64,000 bases of DNA from NCBI GenBank assembly GCA_965243025.1, contig CBDETY010000003.1, positions 5,056,001 through 5,120,000 of the forward strand, read 5' to 3'. This document shows positions 1 through 10,416 of the stretch, in pieces. Under the pieces are notes generated by a model, which saw nothing but the letters and a program-made list of their open reading frames with translations, was not told the DNA's origin and made no database searches. The translations under genes and the position numbers were made by a program. Numbering within the stretch: the stretch's first letter is position 1; each line of letters opens with the position of its first letter. This stretch comes from Candidatus Latescibacterota bacterium. Its GTDB lineage: Bacteria; Latescibacterota; UBA2968; UBA8231.

Positions 1-1
1 A

Positions 2-199
2 GTCATCCTGCAAGCCATCAAAGACATGGCTGCGGGCCCAACCAGTCAGGACCAGGTGAGTGCCGTGGAGTTTCTCCAGGGAGACATGTGGCCCTTTTCC
101 GACGTCCTCGATCTCCCGGCTGACGGCGCCGCCCTCCAGGATTACCTGAAAACGATCAGGACCGATTTCTTCGAAGAAGAACCGTCTCCCGCAAGCTAG
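2..199 (+). CDS. 3' end of hypothetical protein (truncated by window start)
   Basis: Open frame from base 2: VILQAIKDMAAG...FFEEEPSPAS*, TAG at 197-199; codon usage like neighbouring genes. Confidence 0.55.
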   Translation, partial: VILQAIKDMAAGPTSQDQVSAVEFLQGDMWPFSDVLDLPADGAALQDYLKTIRTDFFEEEPSPAS

Positions 200-320
200 G
201 CGGCTCTCCTTCACTTCCTCAAGGGTTCCAGTTGCGAACGGAGCAGTCCCTGGCGGGCACGCTCCGGCGACGGGTGAATTTCCACCGGCTCCCGGGGGAA
301 GGAAACCCGTTCAATCTCCG

Positions 321-800
321 GTGTACTGCGCGACCATCGAGAGCCCGCTTGGCGCGCTGCTGCTGGCCTGGACAGAGAGTGGTTTGACCCGGGTGAGCTT
401 TCTCGAAGGCAGCAAGGCCATTGAGCCGGATTCCGGCTGGACGGCCGCACCCGATCCAGCTTTCGGCGCCCGCCGGCAGCTCGATTCCTATTTCGCCGGA
501 GAACTGAAGCAGTTCGATCTGCCGCTTGCACCCTGCGGCACCGCTTTTCAGCAGCAGGTGTGGAGGGAGCTTGCCAGAATTCCTTTCGCGGCGACGGCAT
601 CGTACGGGGAGATCGCGCGGCGTGTCGGCAGGCCGAAGGCGAGTCGAGCCGTAGGAGCAGCCAACGGCAACAATCCCCTCCCCATAATCGTCCCCTGCCA
701 CCGTGTCGTCGGCAGCGACGGCAGCCTTACCGGCTATTCCGGGGGAGTGGAAATCAAGGAATTCCTGCTCGCCCACGAAGCCCGTTGCGCTGCTCGCTGA
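321..800 (+). CDS. ogt: Methylated-DNA--protein-cysteine S-methyltransferase
   Basis: GTAFQQQVW, SYGEIA, ASRAVG and active-site IIVPCHRVV motifs; GTG start. Confidence 0.95.
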   Translation: MYCATIESPLGALLLAWTESGLTRVSFLEGSKAIEPDSGWTAAPDPAFGARRQLDSYFAGELKQFDLPLAPCGTAFQQQVWRELARIPFAATASYGEIARRVGRPKASRAVGAANGNNPLPIIVPCHRVVGSDGSLTGYSGGVEIKEFLLAHEARCAAR

Positions 801-1172
801 CGGGAATTCCTTCAGGAAGATCCGGGCTTCTCACTGTTTTAAACGGGAACGGCAACCGGCGGGGGACCTCCGGGATGCGGTTTGCTCTGCGGCGTCTCCG
901 CTGATCTGGCTCGGCTCGCTTGACATGCGATGCAGGCAGGGGGTTGCCGGTGCCCCTGCATGGTTCCTCTCCGGGGGAGCGCTCGATTACCTGACCCTCC
1001 AGTTCCGTACATCTCGCGTCGCCGTTACCTGCCCATCGGCCCGGACTCCCCCGTTGAAGAAGCGCTTGCAGGGGTTCCCGGCGGCCGGGGGCAGGAGATC
1101 GATTGAGTAGCGGCGGACGCGTCACTACCCATACTTTTTGCGCCTACCGATCGCAGGCAGGTATCGATCACA

Positions 1173-1946
1173 GTGTTCAGGCACGCACAGTTGTCGTTGG
1201 AGGAGAAGGTCCCGCGGGCACGCGCGCGTCCTGTCTTTCCAGGGTCCCGGTTCGCAACTCCCTGGCGGGTCTTCGATCTCGTGGTGCTTCCTCCGGGAGA
1301 AGCGGCCGAATCCCCGGATGGCGATTGCGAGCAGGGGTTCGTAATTCTGAAGGGGGAGGCCGTGTTCGAAGGCAACGGCGACGCCGCAGAGGTAAGGGAA
1401 ACTGCGGCCGTTGTCGCTACGGGAGCCTCACGCCTGCGGGCGACGGCGAGGAGCTGCACCGCCCTGTCGATAGGGGTTTCCCTGCCGGAGGGGTCGCCGG
1501 CCGGTCACCTGCGGATCGAATCGGTCGACCCCGCAAAGCTGAAGCGGCGGCCCTCCATTCACGGCGGGGGTGGAGAAATAGCGACCCGCCACATGTGGGG
1601 CCCCGGTGACTTCCTCAGCAGCTGGACCTTTCTCGACCACGCGATTCTGTCTCCAGGAAGCGCCGTCGGCTACCACTACCACGAAGCGCTCGAGGAATGC
1701 TTCGTCATACTCGGGGGCCGCGGCTACATGACCGTGGACGGGGACACCTTCCCGGTAGGACCGGGCTCGGTGACTTATCAGGGGGTCGAAAAGGGTCACG
1801 GCATCTACAACCCTGACAGCGCACCGCTCGACTTCCTGCGCATCGCCGTGGCGATGCCCGGCGAGGAGGTCGCGACAATCGACCTCGACGACGACCTGAG
1901 CGCCAGGACCCCCGCGGATCAGCCAACGAAACGAGGGACATCGTGA
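1173..1946 (+). CDS. Cupin-domain protein (bicupin-like)
   Basis: C-terminal cupin motifs GYHYHEALEECFVILGG and GHGIYN; degenerate N-terminal cupin-like repeat; overlaps next start (GTGA). Confidence 0.8.
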   Translation: MFRHAQLSLEEKVPRARARPVFPGSRFATPWRVFDLVVLPPGEAAESPDGDCEQGFVILKGEAVFEGNGDAAEVRETAAVVATGASRLRATARSCTALSIGVSLPEGSPAGHLRIESVDPAKLKRRPSIHGGGGEIATRHMWGPGDFLSSWTFLDHAILSPGSAVGYHYHEALEECFVILGGRGYMTVDGDTFPVGPGSVTYQGVEKGHGIYNPDSAPLDFLRIAVAMPGEEVATIDLDDDLSARTPADQPTKRGTS

Positions 1947-2926
1947 AAACCGAAGACAACATTGTCAGAACGGAGACGGCGAGACGCATGGCCGGCGCGG
2001 CTGCCGAGTTGCTGGCAAGCTTCACCTCCGATCAGCGCGCCAAAGCGGTGGTGGGTTTCGACGACGAGGAACGGGAGAACTGGCACTACATTCCGCGCCC
2101 CCGGGCCGGGTTGCCGCTCAAGGAAATGGATGCCCGGCAGCGCAGCCTCACCCAGAACCTGGTCGCCACCGGCCTGAGCTCGGCGGCCCACAGGCGCGCC
2201 AACACCATCATCGAGCTCGAACCCATCCTCGCCGAGATCGAAGGAGAGGGGCGGAAGTTCGCGCGCGACCCCGGCCTGTATTTCGTCACCCTGTTCGGCA
2301 CTCCCGGCGGCGAGGGGATGTGGGGGTGGCGCTTCGAGGGGCATCACGTCTCGCTGAACAACACGGTTCTCGACGGGGAGCTGATTTCGGCAAGCCCGGT
2401 TTTCTTCGGGGCCAACCCGGCCGAGGTGCGCCACGGCGCCCGCGAGGGCCTGCGAGCCCTGAAGGAAGAGGAGGAGACGGCGCGCGCGCTGTTGAACGAT
2501 CTCGACGGGGAGCAGCGCCGGCAGGCGGTGGTTGCCCGGGAAGCCCCATCCGATATCCTCACCAGGGCCGTCCCCCACGTGCGCGGCGAGGTGAAGGCGG
2601 AAGGATTGGCAGGCGCCGACATGAACGCCGGCCAGCTTCAGCAGCTCAAGGATCTGGTCGCCGTCTACGTCGATCGCCTGCCCGAGGCGGTGGCGGCGCT
2701 GGAGCACGCCAGGCTGGAAGGGGCCGACTACGCAAAAGCCCACTTCGCCTGGGCCGGCCCGGCGGAGCGCGGCGCGGGGCACTACTACCGGGTGCAGGGC
2801 CCGGCCTTCGTCGCCGAGTACGACAACACGCAAAACGACGCCAACCACATACACGCAGTGTGGAGGGATCTGCTCAACGACTTCGGCGAGGACCTGCTGA
2901 AAGCCCACTACCGCAAGGCACACTGA
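1943..2926 (+). CDS. DUF3500 domain protein
   Basis: WHYIPRPRAGL, WGWRFEGHHVSLN, EYDNTQNDANHIHAVWRD..NDFG motifs typical of DUF3500. Confidence 0.88.
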   Translation: MKTEDNIVRTETARRMAGAAAELLASFTSDQRAKAVVGFDDEERENWHYIPRPRAGLPLKEMDARQRSLTQNLVATGLSSAAHRRANTIIELEPILAEIEGEGRKFARDPGLYFVTLFGTPGGEGMWGWRFEGHHVSLNNTVLDGELISASPVFFGANPAEVRHGAREGLRALKEEEETARALLNDLDGEQRRQAVVAREAPSDILTRAVPHVRGEVKAEGLAGADMNAGQLQQLKDLVAVYVDRLPEAVAALEHARLEGADYAKAHFAWAGPAERGAGHYYRVQGPAFVAEYDNTQNDANHIHAVWRDLLNDFGEDLLKAHYRKAH

Positions 2927-2994
2927 TCCTCGACACGGTTGCCGGGGCTGCAAACGGCGGTCCGCCCGTACTGAACCCGAAGAGGAGACGCGAC

Positions 2995-3795
2995 ATGGCG
3001 AAAACAGGGGTGGTGCATCACAACTGGGGCGGCTACGACCTCGAGGGGTTTGCCGTCAGGGCAGCGGAGATCGGCTACCGGTACTGCGAGCTGCAGTTCC
3101 GGGACGTGTGGCCGGACGAGACCCGGGAAGGCGAAAGGGCTGCCGTGGAGGTCCGTGAAATGCTCGAGCGCCACGGCATGTCGGTGAGCGCTGTTGCGGC
3201 GGGCAACAACTTTCTCCGGGCCGACCCGGCGCAACAGGAAGCGGAAATCGACCGCTACCGAAAGCTGTGCGAGTGGATACCTCACACCGGCACCGACGTC
3301 GTGCGCAGCGACGGAGGCTGGGGCGAGGAGGTTCCCCGGGACCAGTGGGACGGCACGATGCTGGAGGCGTTCAAGCGCTGCGTCGATTTCGCCGAGACCT
3401 CGGAAGTGCGCATCGCCCTCGACAACCACGGGATGGCGACCAACGACGGCGAGTGGCAGGTGAGCCTGATAGAACGGGTCGGTTCCAAGCGGCTCGGGGT
3501 CAACCTCGATACCATGAACTACCGCTGGGCGGGGTGGGACATCGAGCGCTGCAACCGGTTCTACGAGCTCGTGGCGCCCCACGTGTTCCACGTCCATATA
3601 AAAGACGGGACGGGTTCGCAGCAGCAGTACCGGGGGAAAGTGCTCGGGGAAGGGGAAATCGACCTCGGACACGCAGTCGCCTGCGTGAAGGAAGCGGGGT
3701 ACGACGGGGTCTGGGCGGTCGAGTACGAAGGAGAGGAAACCGCCGGGGGGGCCGGGTTCGCAAAATGTTACGAGTGGATGGCCGCGCACATGTGA
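2995..3795 (+). CDS. Sugar phosphate isomerase/epimerase (xylose isomerase-like TIM barrel)
   Basis: ATG at 2995 after AGGAG RBS; ALDNHG, NLDTMN, HVHIKD, LGEGEID, GYDG..AVEYE motifs. Confidence 0.88.
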   Translation: MAKTGVVHHNWGGYDLEGFAVRAAEIGYRYCELQFRDVWPDETREGERAAVEVREMLERHGMSVSAVAAGNNFLRADPAQQEAEIDRYRKLCEWIPHTGTDVVRSDGGWGEEVPRDQWDGTMLEAFKRCVDFAETSEVRIALDNHGMATNDGEWQVSLIERVGSKRLGVNLDTMNYRWAGWDIERCNRFYELVAPHVFHVHIKDGTGSQQQYRGKVLGEGEIDLGHAVACVKEAGYDGVWAVEYEGEETAGGAGFAKCYEWMAAHM

Positions 3796-3835
3796 GGGAG
3801 CCTGCTGCAGGGAAGACTCGGGCGGCTGGGGCAGC

Positions 3836-4813
3836 CTAAAGAGACCGCTGATTCTCCCTGCCCGTCCCCGGATCGAAGGCTTCCAACAAATTGCATGCCT
3901 CCGAGAAGTACCCTTCATCGAGCTCGAATCCCAGGCAGGAGATGCCCAGCCCCTTGCAGGCCAGGGCGGTGTGTCCGAGCCCGAGGAAGGGGTCCAGGAC
4001 GCGGTCGACCCGTTGCAGCCCGTGCAGCCGGATGCACATCTCGGGCACCCTGACGGGGAACGTCGCCGGGTGCGGCCGTTCCCTGTCGCGGCTCTGAATC
4101 GTCCGGTACGGAATGAACCAGGTGTTCCCCCGGCAGCGCAGGTCGTCCTTCGCCCCCGACCATCTGCCGACGTTGGACTTGTCCTGGTACTCCACTCCGA
4201 CCGCGAGTCGGTCGAGCTCGACGTCCCCGAACCTGGTCAGGTGGAAGATGTACTCGTGGCAGTCGTTGACGTAGCGCCTGCTGTTGATCGGCTTGTAGTG
4301 GCCAACGGTGACGTTCTTCGCCGGCGCCTCGGCGTCACCGGCACTTCCACTTCCGGTCGGATGGGAAGAGCCTCCGGGATGATCCTGCGAATCGGGAATC
4401 TCCCCGAGGTTACCTTGGCCGTGTCCGCTGTCGATGGCGATCGACTTGATCCAGTGCAAGGTGTTCTGCAGCGCGAACCGGCTGCGGAGCCGCTGCAGGA
4501 TCTCGAAGGGCCCCCAGGGTTCCGAAGGCTTTCCCGACACGTTGAGGAACAGCGATCCGCGGCGGCTCAACACCCGGAGCAGGGCGTCTCCCCATGCCTC
4601 GATCCAGTCGAGGTACTCGGCTCGCGGGACCTTGTCGTCGTATGATCCGTAGGCGACCCCGAGGTTGTAGGGAGGGGAGGTCACCACGACATCGACAGAT
4701 TCCGGTTCCACCAGCTCCTGCATTCCGGAGATGCAGTCGCGCCGGTGGAGGACGATTTGGCCGCCTGAATCGAGGGGAAAGATTGCACAGCCTGGATCTG
4801 GTCGGACCGCCAT
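3836..4813 (-). CDS. Site-specific DNA methyltransferase, beta class (N4-C/N6-A type), apparently orphan
   Basis: Catalytic VVTSPPY precedes HPATFP and SAM-binding VLDPFLGLG (beta order); start placed at ATG 4813 (uncertain); no endonuclease gene adjacent. Confidence 0.9.
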   Translation of the reverse strand: MAVRPDPGCAIFPLDSGGQIVLHRRDCISGMQELVEPESVDVVVTSPPYNLGVAYGSYDDKVPRAEYLDWIEAWGDALLRVLSRRGSLFLNVSGKPSEPWGPFEILQRLRSRFALQNTLHWIKSIAIDSGHGQGNLGEIPDSQDHPGGSSHPTGSGSAGDAEAPAKNVTVGHYKPINSRRYVNDCHEYIFHLTRFGDVELDRLAVGVEYQDKSNVGRWSGAKDDLRCRGNTWFIPYRTIQSRDRERPHPATFPVRVPEMCIRLHGLQRVDRVLDPFLGLGHTALACKGLGISCLGFELDEGYFSEACNLLEAFDPGTGRENQRSL

Positions 4814-4937
4814 TTTTTTCCCGATCTGTTCCGGAACTCGGTCGCTTTCCGGTCTGTTCACGAATTGACGGACGGTTGACCTGCCGGAATCCGGACACCC
4901 GCCGGACTTCGCTCCGGGCTGTGATTTCGCAGAGCGG

Positions 4938-7900
4938 CTATTCCCTCCGGACTTCCTCGAGCATCCTGTCGAGCCGCTGCGCCGACACCTTGCCGGCCGT
5001 GCCCAGCTCCTGGGCGAAGACCGATACCCGCCACTCCTCCAGGAGCCAGCGGAACTCTTCGATTTTCTTCGGGCTTCCTTCGTTTCCGGGGTCCGCAGCC
5101 GGCCAAAGCTCGTCCAGAGCTCGTTGATAGGGCGCGACCAGCTGCGCCTTCCGCCGGTCTCTGGCGGCATCGCCGCGGGCGCGGTCGGCGCGCACCTGGA
5201 CGCCCTTGAGATAGCGGCACAGATGCGGCAGCCGCTCGAAGTCGGCGGCGGCGAGAAAACCGGCAGGCAGCAGCCGCTTCAGGTCCTCCTGCATCCCGGG
5301 GTAAGGCTGGGGACAGGTGACGATCCGGCGGCGGGTTTCCAGCAAGGTCTCGACCAGGCCGATCATTTTTCCGGCGGCTCCGGCCAGTTTGGCGCGCCCC
5401 TGACGGCAGCCCTCCTCGAACCTTTCCCGGCTCAGGGGGATGGCCGGCCGGCGTCCGAACAGGTAGCGGAGCAGGCAGGTGTACGCCTGCTGCTCGAGGT
5501 CGGAGGCCCCAGCGAATGAAGCAAAGAGCGGATGCAGCCGCCGCAGCTCGGCCAGTTCCCGGCGCAACTGCCGCATCTGCTCCGTCATGACCAGCTCGGA
5601 CAGCCGGAGGATCCCGTCCCGGCTCGCCCGCTCGGCATCACCCCGCTTTCGGTAGAGGCGCACGCAGACTCCCTCGCCGCAGCACGTCAGCCCCGGATAG
5701 GCGAGCAGCGGGATGCCGGCGACCTCGCTGACCTCGACCTGCTCCGGCGGGTCGCCGAAATCCCAGGAAGTCAGGTCGTCCCGCTCCCAACGGGCGGCGG
5801 CCATTCTCCAGGCATCCTGCTCGGCCGGGGTGTCGTGCCGTTGCAGCCTTGCGCTCAGCAGCTCCAGGTCCCGTCCCGCCGCCACCGCCCGCCCGTCGCT
5901 CCCCCGGACTTCGACGCGCAGGCGCAGATGCTCGGGAATCGCCTCCGGCTTCCAGTCGGCGCGGCTCACCTGCAACCGGTAGCGCTCCGCCAGGTGCTCC
6001 TCGAGCGACTCGAGGAAAGAGGGGTGGGTCGGTCTGAGATCGGCGGCGATCCTCCTGGCGGTCCGCGGAATCGGCAGCAACTGCTTGCGCATCTGCTTGG
6101 GCAGGGAGCGCAGCAGGCAGGTGATCCGCTCCTCGCGAACCCCGGGGACCAGCCAGTCCAGCAGCTCCGGGTTGACGGCGTCCATCAACCGGTACGGCAG
6201 GCGGACCGTGATGCCGTCCTCTTCCTGCCCCGGTCTGTACGCGTACGCCAGCTCGACCGCCTCGCCGGCGAGCTCGATGCGGTCGGGAAACGCGTCGCGG
6301 TCGAAGGACGTCTCGCTGCCGCCGAGCAGGTCGGCCTCTTCCATGCGCAGGAAGCGGTCGCCGTCCGGGCGCTCGTTGATGATGCGGTTGAGGTCGTGCA
6401 CCGAAGAGATATCCTCATCCAGACGCGAGGCGTAGAAACGGCGAACCGCCTCATCGACGTCGATGGCGGTGCGACGGGTGCGCGTCTGCCAGGTCTCGAT
6501 GCGGTCGGCGAGCTGGAGGTTGCGTGCCAGAAACTCGCGAGGGGTGTCGACATCTCCGGCGACCAGGCCATCGCGGATGAAGATCTCAGCGGAGTCGCGG
6601 GGTTTCACCTCCTGGCCCGGGACGCGGTGTCTGGCGACCTGCAGGCCGTGGATGTGCACCGTCTCCTGCACGAGGACGCGTCCGGCGCTGCGGCTCCAGT
6701 ACGGATCTCCGTATGAACTGCGGCACAGGTGGCCGCCGAGGTCGGGCAGCCAACCCGGCCGGATGCGCGCGGCGGTGCGGGCGAACAGGCGGGAGGTCTC
6801 CACGATTTCGGCCGCGACGATCCATTCGGGCGAGGCCCCGTTCGACTGCCCTTCCCGTTGATCACTTCGGGCCGTTGCCTCCCGGCGCTCGAACAGGCCC
6901 GAACCGGGAAACAGCATCACCGCCCTGTTGCGGGCCGCCTGGTAGAGGTTGTGCTCCTTCTTTCGGGCGATGCTGCTCAACAGGCCTGTAACGATCGACC
7001 GGTGGATGGCGTCGTACCCGGCCTGACGCCTGCCTGGCTGCAGGCGAAACCCCCCGAGGTCTGACAGCTCCCCGGTCAGCTGGGCGTGAATGTCCCGCCA
7101 CTCGCGCATGCGCGCGAAGGAGAGGAAGTGGCGGCGGCAGAACCTGCGCATCTGGCTCTGGGTCTCGAGCTGCTCGAAGCGCTCGTGGTAGCGGTTCCAG
7201 ATGTTGAGAAGGGTCAGGAAGTCGGAATGCCTGTCGGCGAACTGCCGGTGCATGCGGTCGGCTTCGTCGCGGCGGTCGAGCGGCCTCTCGCGCGGATCCT
7301 GAATGCCGATGGCCGAGGCGATGACGAGCAGCTCGGGAAGCGCCCCTTCGGCCCGGGCCTGCAGGATCATGCGCGACACTGTCGGGGGGATCGGCAGGCG
7401 CGCCATGTCGCGGCCGAGGCGGGTCAAGCGGCGCCTGGAGTCGAGAGCCCCCAGCTCCTGCAGCTGAACGTAGCCGCTGTTGATCGCCCGCGGCGCCGGC
7501 GGGTCGACGAAAGGAAACTCCTCGACCTTGCCGAGCTGAAGGTCGAGCATGCGCAGGATGATGTCGGCGAGGTCCGAGCGCTGGATCTCGGGGGCCGTGT
7601 ACTCGGGCCTGGAAAGGAACTCCTCTTCGCTGTAGAGGCGCACGCAGACCCCTTCGGCGACGCGGCCGCAGCGGCCCTTGCGCTGCTCGGCGCTGCTCCG
7701 GGAAATCGCCTCGACCGGCAGCCGTTGCGTATGCGTCCGCGGGTTGTAGCGGTTGATCCGCGCCAGTCCCGGGTCGACGACGTAGCGGATGCCGGGAATC
7801 GTCAGCGAGGTTTCGGCGATGTTGGTGGCGACGACGACGCGGCGGCGGTCCGGGCGGGCGAACACCCGCTGCTGCTCGGCAGCGGTCAGGCGGCTGAACA

Positions 7901-8888
7901 GCGGCAGGATCTCGACGTTCCGTTTTGCCAGCCGGTGCTGCAGGAGGTCGCTGGTCTCGCGTATGTCCCGCTCCCCGGGCATGAATACGAGGACGTCCCC
8001 GGATGCGGACTCCTCCAGCAGTTGCAGCACCGCAGCCACCGCCGCGTCGGTGTAGGAGAGCTCCTCGGCCTCCCCGAGAATCTCTTCCAGCGGCCGGTAG
8101 CGGACCTCGACAGGGTACATCCGCCCCGAGACCTCGAGGACGGGGGCGCCGCCGAAGGCCCGCGAAAACTTCTCGACGTCGATGGTTGCCGAGGTGATGA
8201 CGAGCTTGAGGCCGGGCCGCCTTTCGAGAAGCAGGCGCATGTACCCCAGCAGGAAATCGATGTTGAGGCTGCGTTCGTGGGCCTCGTCGAGGATGACGGT
8301 GTCGTACTCGAGAAGGTCGGGATCGCCGCGGACCTCGCTCAGCAGCATGCCGTCGGTGACCAGCTTGATCAGGGTCTCGGCCTCGGTCCGGTCCCGGAAG
8401 CGGATCTTGCAGCCCACCTCGCGGCCCCAAGTGACCCCGAGCTCCTCGGCCAGGCGCCGCGACAGCGACTGCGCCGCCACCCGCCGGGGCTGGGTGCAGA
8501 CGATGCGGGCGTCGCGGCCCCGCCCCGCTTCGAGGCAGATCTTGGGCAGCTGGGTGGTTTTCCCCGACCCGGTCTCCCCGGCGACGACGACGACCTGGTG
8601 TTCGGCGATTGCCCGGAGGATCTCCTCCTTGCGCGCGGTGATCGGCAGCTCTTCCGGGTAGGATACCGCCGGGATGAGGCGGAGGCGCCCGGCGCGCAGC
8701 CGCCGCGAGGCCTCGATGCGCTCGCGCAGCCGGCCGAGCTCCCCGGACAGGGTTGCGCCAGAGCGTCCGGACAAACGGTCCCGGAGGTCCCGCAGGCGGC
8801 GACCGATACGCACGCGGTCGGCGAGCAGACAATCCTCGAGCGCCGCCTCGAGGTCGCTGACCGTGCCGGCGTCGTCAGAGGCCGGCAT
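4938..8888 (-). CDS. hrpA: ATP-dependent RNA helicase HrpA
   Basis: GETGSGKTTQLP, TQPRR, DEAHERS, TSAT, ATNIAETSLT, QRKGRCGR motifs; HrpA-type C terminus (RWLLEEWRVSVFAQELGT); 1316 aa. Confidence 0.96.
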   Translation of the reverse strand: MPASDDAGTVSDLEAALEDCLLADRVRIGRRLRDLRDRLSGRSGATLSGELGRLRERIEASRRLRAGRLRLIPAVSYPEELPITARKEEILRAIAEHQVVVVAGETGSGKTTQLPKICLEAGRGRDARIVCTQPRRVAAQSLSRRLAEELGVTWGREVGCKIRFRDRTEAETLIKLVTDGMLLSEVRGDPDLLEYDTVILDEAHERSLNIDFLLGYMRLLLERRPGLKLVITSATIDVEKFSRAFGGAPVLEVSGRMYPVEVRYRPLEEILGEAEELSYTDAAVAAVLQLLEESASGDVLVFMPGERDIRETSDLLQHRLAKRNVEILPLFSRLTAAEQQRVFARPDRRRVVVATNIAETSLTIPGIRYVVDPGLARINRYNPRTHTQRLPVEAISRSSAEQRKGRCGRVAEGVCVRLYSEEEFLSRPEYTAPEIQRSDLADIILRMLDLQLGKVEEFPFVDPPAPRAINSGYVQLQELGALDSRRRLTRLGRDMARLPIPPTVSRMILQARAEGALPELLVIASAIGIQDPRERPLDRRDEADRMHRQFADRHSDFLTLLNIWNRYHERFEQLETQSQMRRFCRRHFLSFARMREWRDIHAQLTGELSDLGGFRLQPGRRQAGYDAIHRSIVTGLLSSIARKKEHNLYQAARNRAVMLFPGSGLFERREATARSDQREGQSNGASPEWIVAAEIVETSRLFARTAARIRPGWLPDLGGHLCRSSYGDPYWSRSAGRVLVQETVHIHGLQVARHRVPGQEVKPRDSAEIFIRDGLVAGDVDTPREFLARNLQLADRIETWQTRTRRTAIDVDEAVRRFYASRLDEDISSVHDLNRIINERPDGDRFLRMEEADLLGGSETSFDRDAFPDRIELAGEAVELAYAYRPGQEEDGITVRLPYRLMDAVNPELLDWLVPGVREERITCLLRSLPKQMRKQLLPIPRTARRIAADLRPTHPSFLESLEEHLAERYRLQVSRADWKPEAIPEHLRLRVEVRGSDGRAVAAGRDLELLSARLQRHDTPAEQDAWRMAAARWERDDLTSWDFGDPPEQVEVSEVAGIPLLAYPGLTCCGEGVCVRLYRKRGDAERASRDGILRLSELVMTEQMRQLRRELAELRRLHPLFASFAGASDLEQQAYTCLLRYLFGRRPAIPLSRERFEEGCRQGRAKLAGAAGKMIGLVETLLETRRRIVTCPQPYPGMQEDLKRLLPAGFLAAADFERLPHLCRYLKGVQVRADRARGDAARDRRKAQLVAPYQRALDELWPAADPGNEGSPKKIEEFRWLLEEWRVSVFAQELGTAGKVSAQRLDRMLEEVRRE

Positions 8889-9021
8889 GTTTCAGATGCG
8901 CGGACAGCAGTGTGGCCATGGTAAAAACATAACGCCTGCACGATGATGAGGTGGGAAGAAGGGAGCTTGCACGACACCCTGAATCCGGGCACAACCACCC
9001 CGGAGCCGGTAAATTTGAACC

Positions 9022-10236
9022 ATGAACGAAATCCTGGAGTCGGCACGGCAACTTGCCCGCCAGGTGGCCCTTGAGTCGGGACAGGCGGCAATTCTTCTGG
9101 GGTTGGCGTGGCTCGGCTACTACGTCGCCCGCAACGCCTTCCTCCGCGTCCTGGAGCGACTGATCCGGCGCAGCCGCACCGACCTCGACGAAATCCTCCT
9201 CGGTACCGGTGTACTCCGACGCTCCGCCATGCTCGTTCCGGCGGCGGTCCTGTTCTACGGAGCCGAAGTCATTCCGGGGCCGCCCGAGCTGACCCGGCAG
9301 ATCATGGTGGCTGTCCTGGGCGTGTTGGGGCTGCTCATCGGCGGTTCGTTACTGAGCGCGTTCGACGTGGTCTACGGGCGGCTTCCCGTGGCCGAGAAGG
9401 TGCCGATCAGGAGCTACGTGCAGATCACCAGAATCGCCCTGTACGTCGTGGGGTCGCTGGTGGTTGTGGCGCTGACGATGGGGCGCTCGCCGCTGGGCCT
9501 GCTCGGCGGCATCGGGGCCATGACCGCGGTCGTGCTGTTGATCTTCCGCGACACCATCCTGTCCCTGGTCGCCAGCATTCAGATCCATTCGCAGAACCTC
9601 GTCGACGAAGGGGACTGGATCGAGGCGCCGGCTTTCGGGGCGGACGGAGACGTCATCGACATCTCCCTGCACACGATTCAGGTCCAGAACTGGGACAAGA
9701 CGATCACCACCATCCCGACTCCCAAGCTGATCGACGCATCCTTCAAGAACTGGCGCGGCATGAAGGAGAGCGGCGGCCGCCGCATCAAGCGCTCGCTGTT
9801 CATAGACATGCAGACGATCCGCATATGCAGCGACGAGATGCTGGAGCGGTACGGGAAGTTCGAGCTGATCCGGGAGTACCTGCGCGAAAGGCGGCAGGAT
9901 GTCGCCGATCACAACGCCTCCACCAGGGTCGACACGAGTCACCTGATCAACGGCAGGAGACTGACCAACGTCGGGACCTTCAGGGCGTACGTGACCGCCT
10001 ACCTGCGCAACCACCCCAGGATCCGCCAGGACCTCACGTTTCTCGTGCGCCAGCTGCAACCGGGAGACACCGGCCTGCCGATCGAGATCTACGTGTTCAC
10101 GAACGACACCGAGTGGGCGAACTACGAGGCGATTCAGGCCGACATCTTCGACCACCTGATCGCCGTGGTTCCCCAGTTCGACCTGCGGGTGTTCCAGCAA
10201 CCCGCCGGCGCGGATTTCCGCGCCCTGGCCCGCTGA
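9022..10236 (+). CDS. Small-conductance mechanosensitive channel (MscS family, YbdG-like)
   Basis: N-terminal TM helices; GDWIEAP.FGADGDV, QNWDKTITTIP, FKNWRGMKESGGRRIKR, GLPIEIYVF. Confidence 0.92.
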   Translation: MNEILESARQLARQVALESGQAAILLGLAWLGYYVARNAFLRVLERLIRRSRTDLDEILLGTGVLRRSAMLVPAAVLFYGAEVIPGPPELTRQIMVAVLGVLGLLIGGSLLSAFDVVYGRLPVAEKVPIRSYVQITRIALYVVGSLVVVALTMGRSPLGLLGGIGAMTAVVLLIFRDTILSLVASIQIHSQNLVDEGDWIEAPAFGADGDVIDISLHTIQVQNWDKTITTIPTPKLIDASFKNWRGMKESGGRRIKRSLFIDMQTIRICSDEMLERYGKFELIREYLRERRQDVADHNASTRVDTSHLINGRRLTNVGTFRAYVTAYLRNHPRIRQDLTFLVRQLQPGDTGLPIEIYVFTNDTEWANYEAIQADIFDHLIAVVPQFDLRVFQQPAGADFRALAR

Positions 10237-10416
10237 CTCTGCCTGTCCCTGGCCGGCGCAAGGCGGATCACGACCATTTCTGCCTGGCCGTGGGAGGGTG
10301 GATGCGAGGCCCGGGTACCGTTGGGAACAATCGAGTTCCAACCGGATGAGTTTCCGGCCCGGAGGTTTCTCCCAGGCCGCGCCGGATGCGCTCGAAAGGC
10401 CTGATAAGGTGGAAAT

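Noticed and set aside
2320-2994. Extended N terminus of the 491-aa ORF
   Set aside because: It overlaps the DUF3500 gene; the RBS and the domain start point to ATG 2995.
4814-5170. N-terminal extension of the methyltransferase as given in the ORF track (444 aa)
   Set aside because: It overlaps the hrpA 3' end in another frame and has no recognisable sequence; a start near 4813 is more plausible.
10381-10410. GCCGGATGCG...GCCTGATAAG resembling enterobacterial REP halves, with nearby small hairpins
   Set aside because: Single occurrence, not arranged as a palindrome, and no further copies seen; likely chance in GC-rich DNA.
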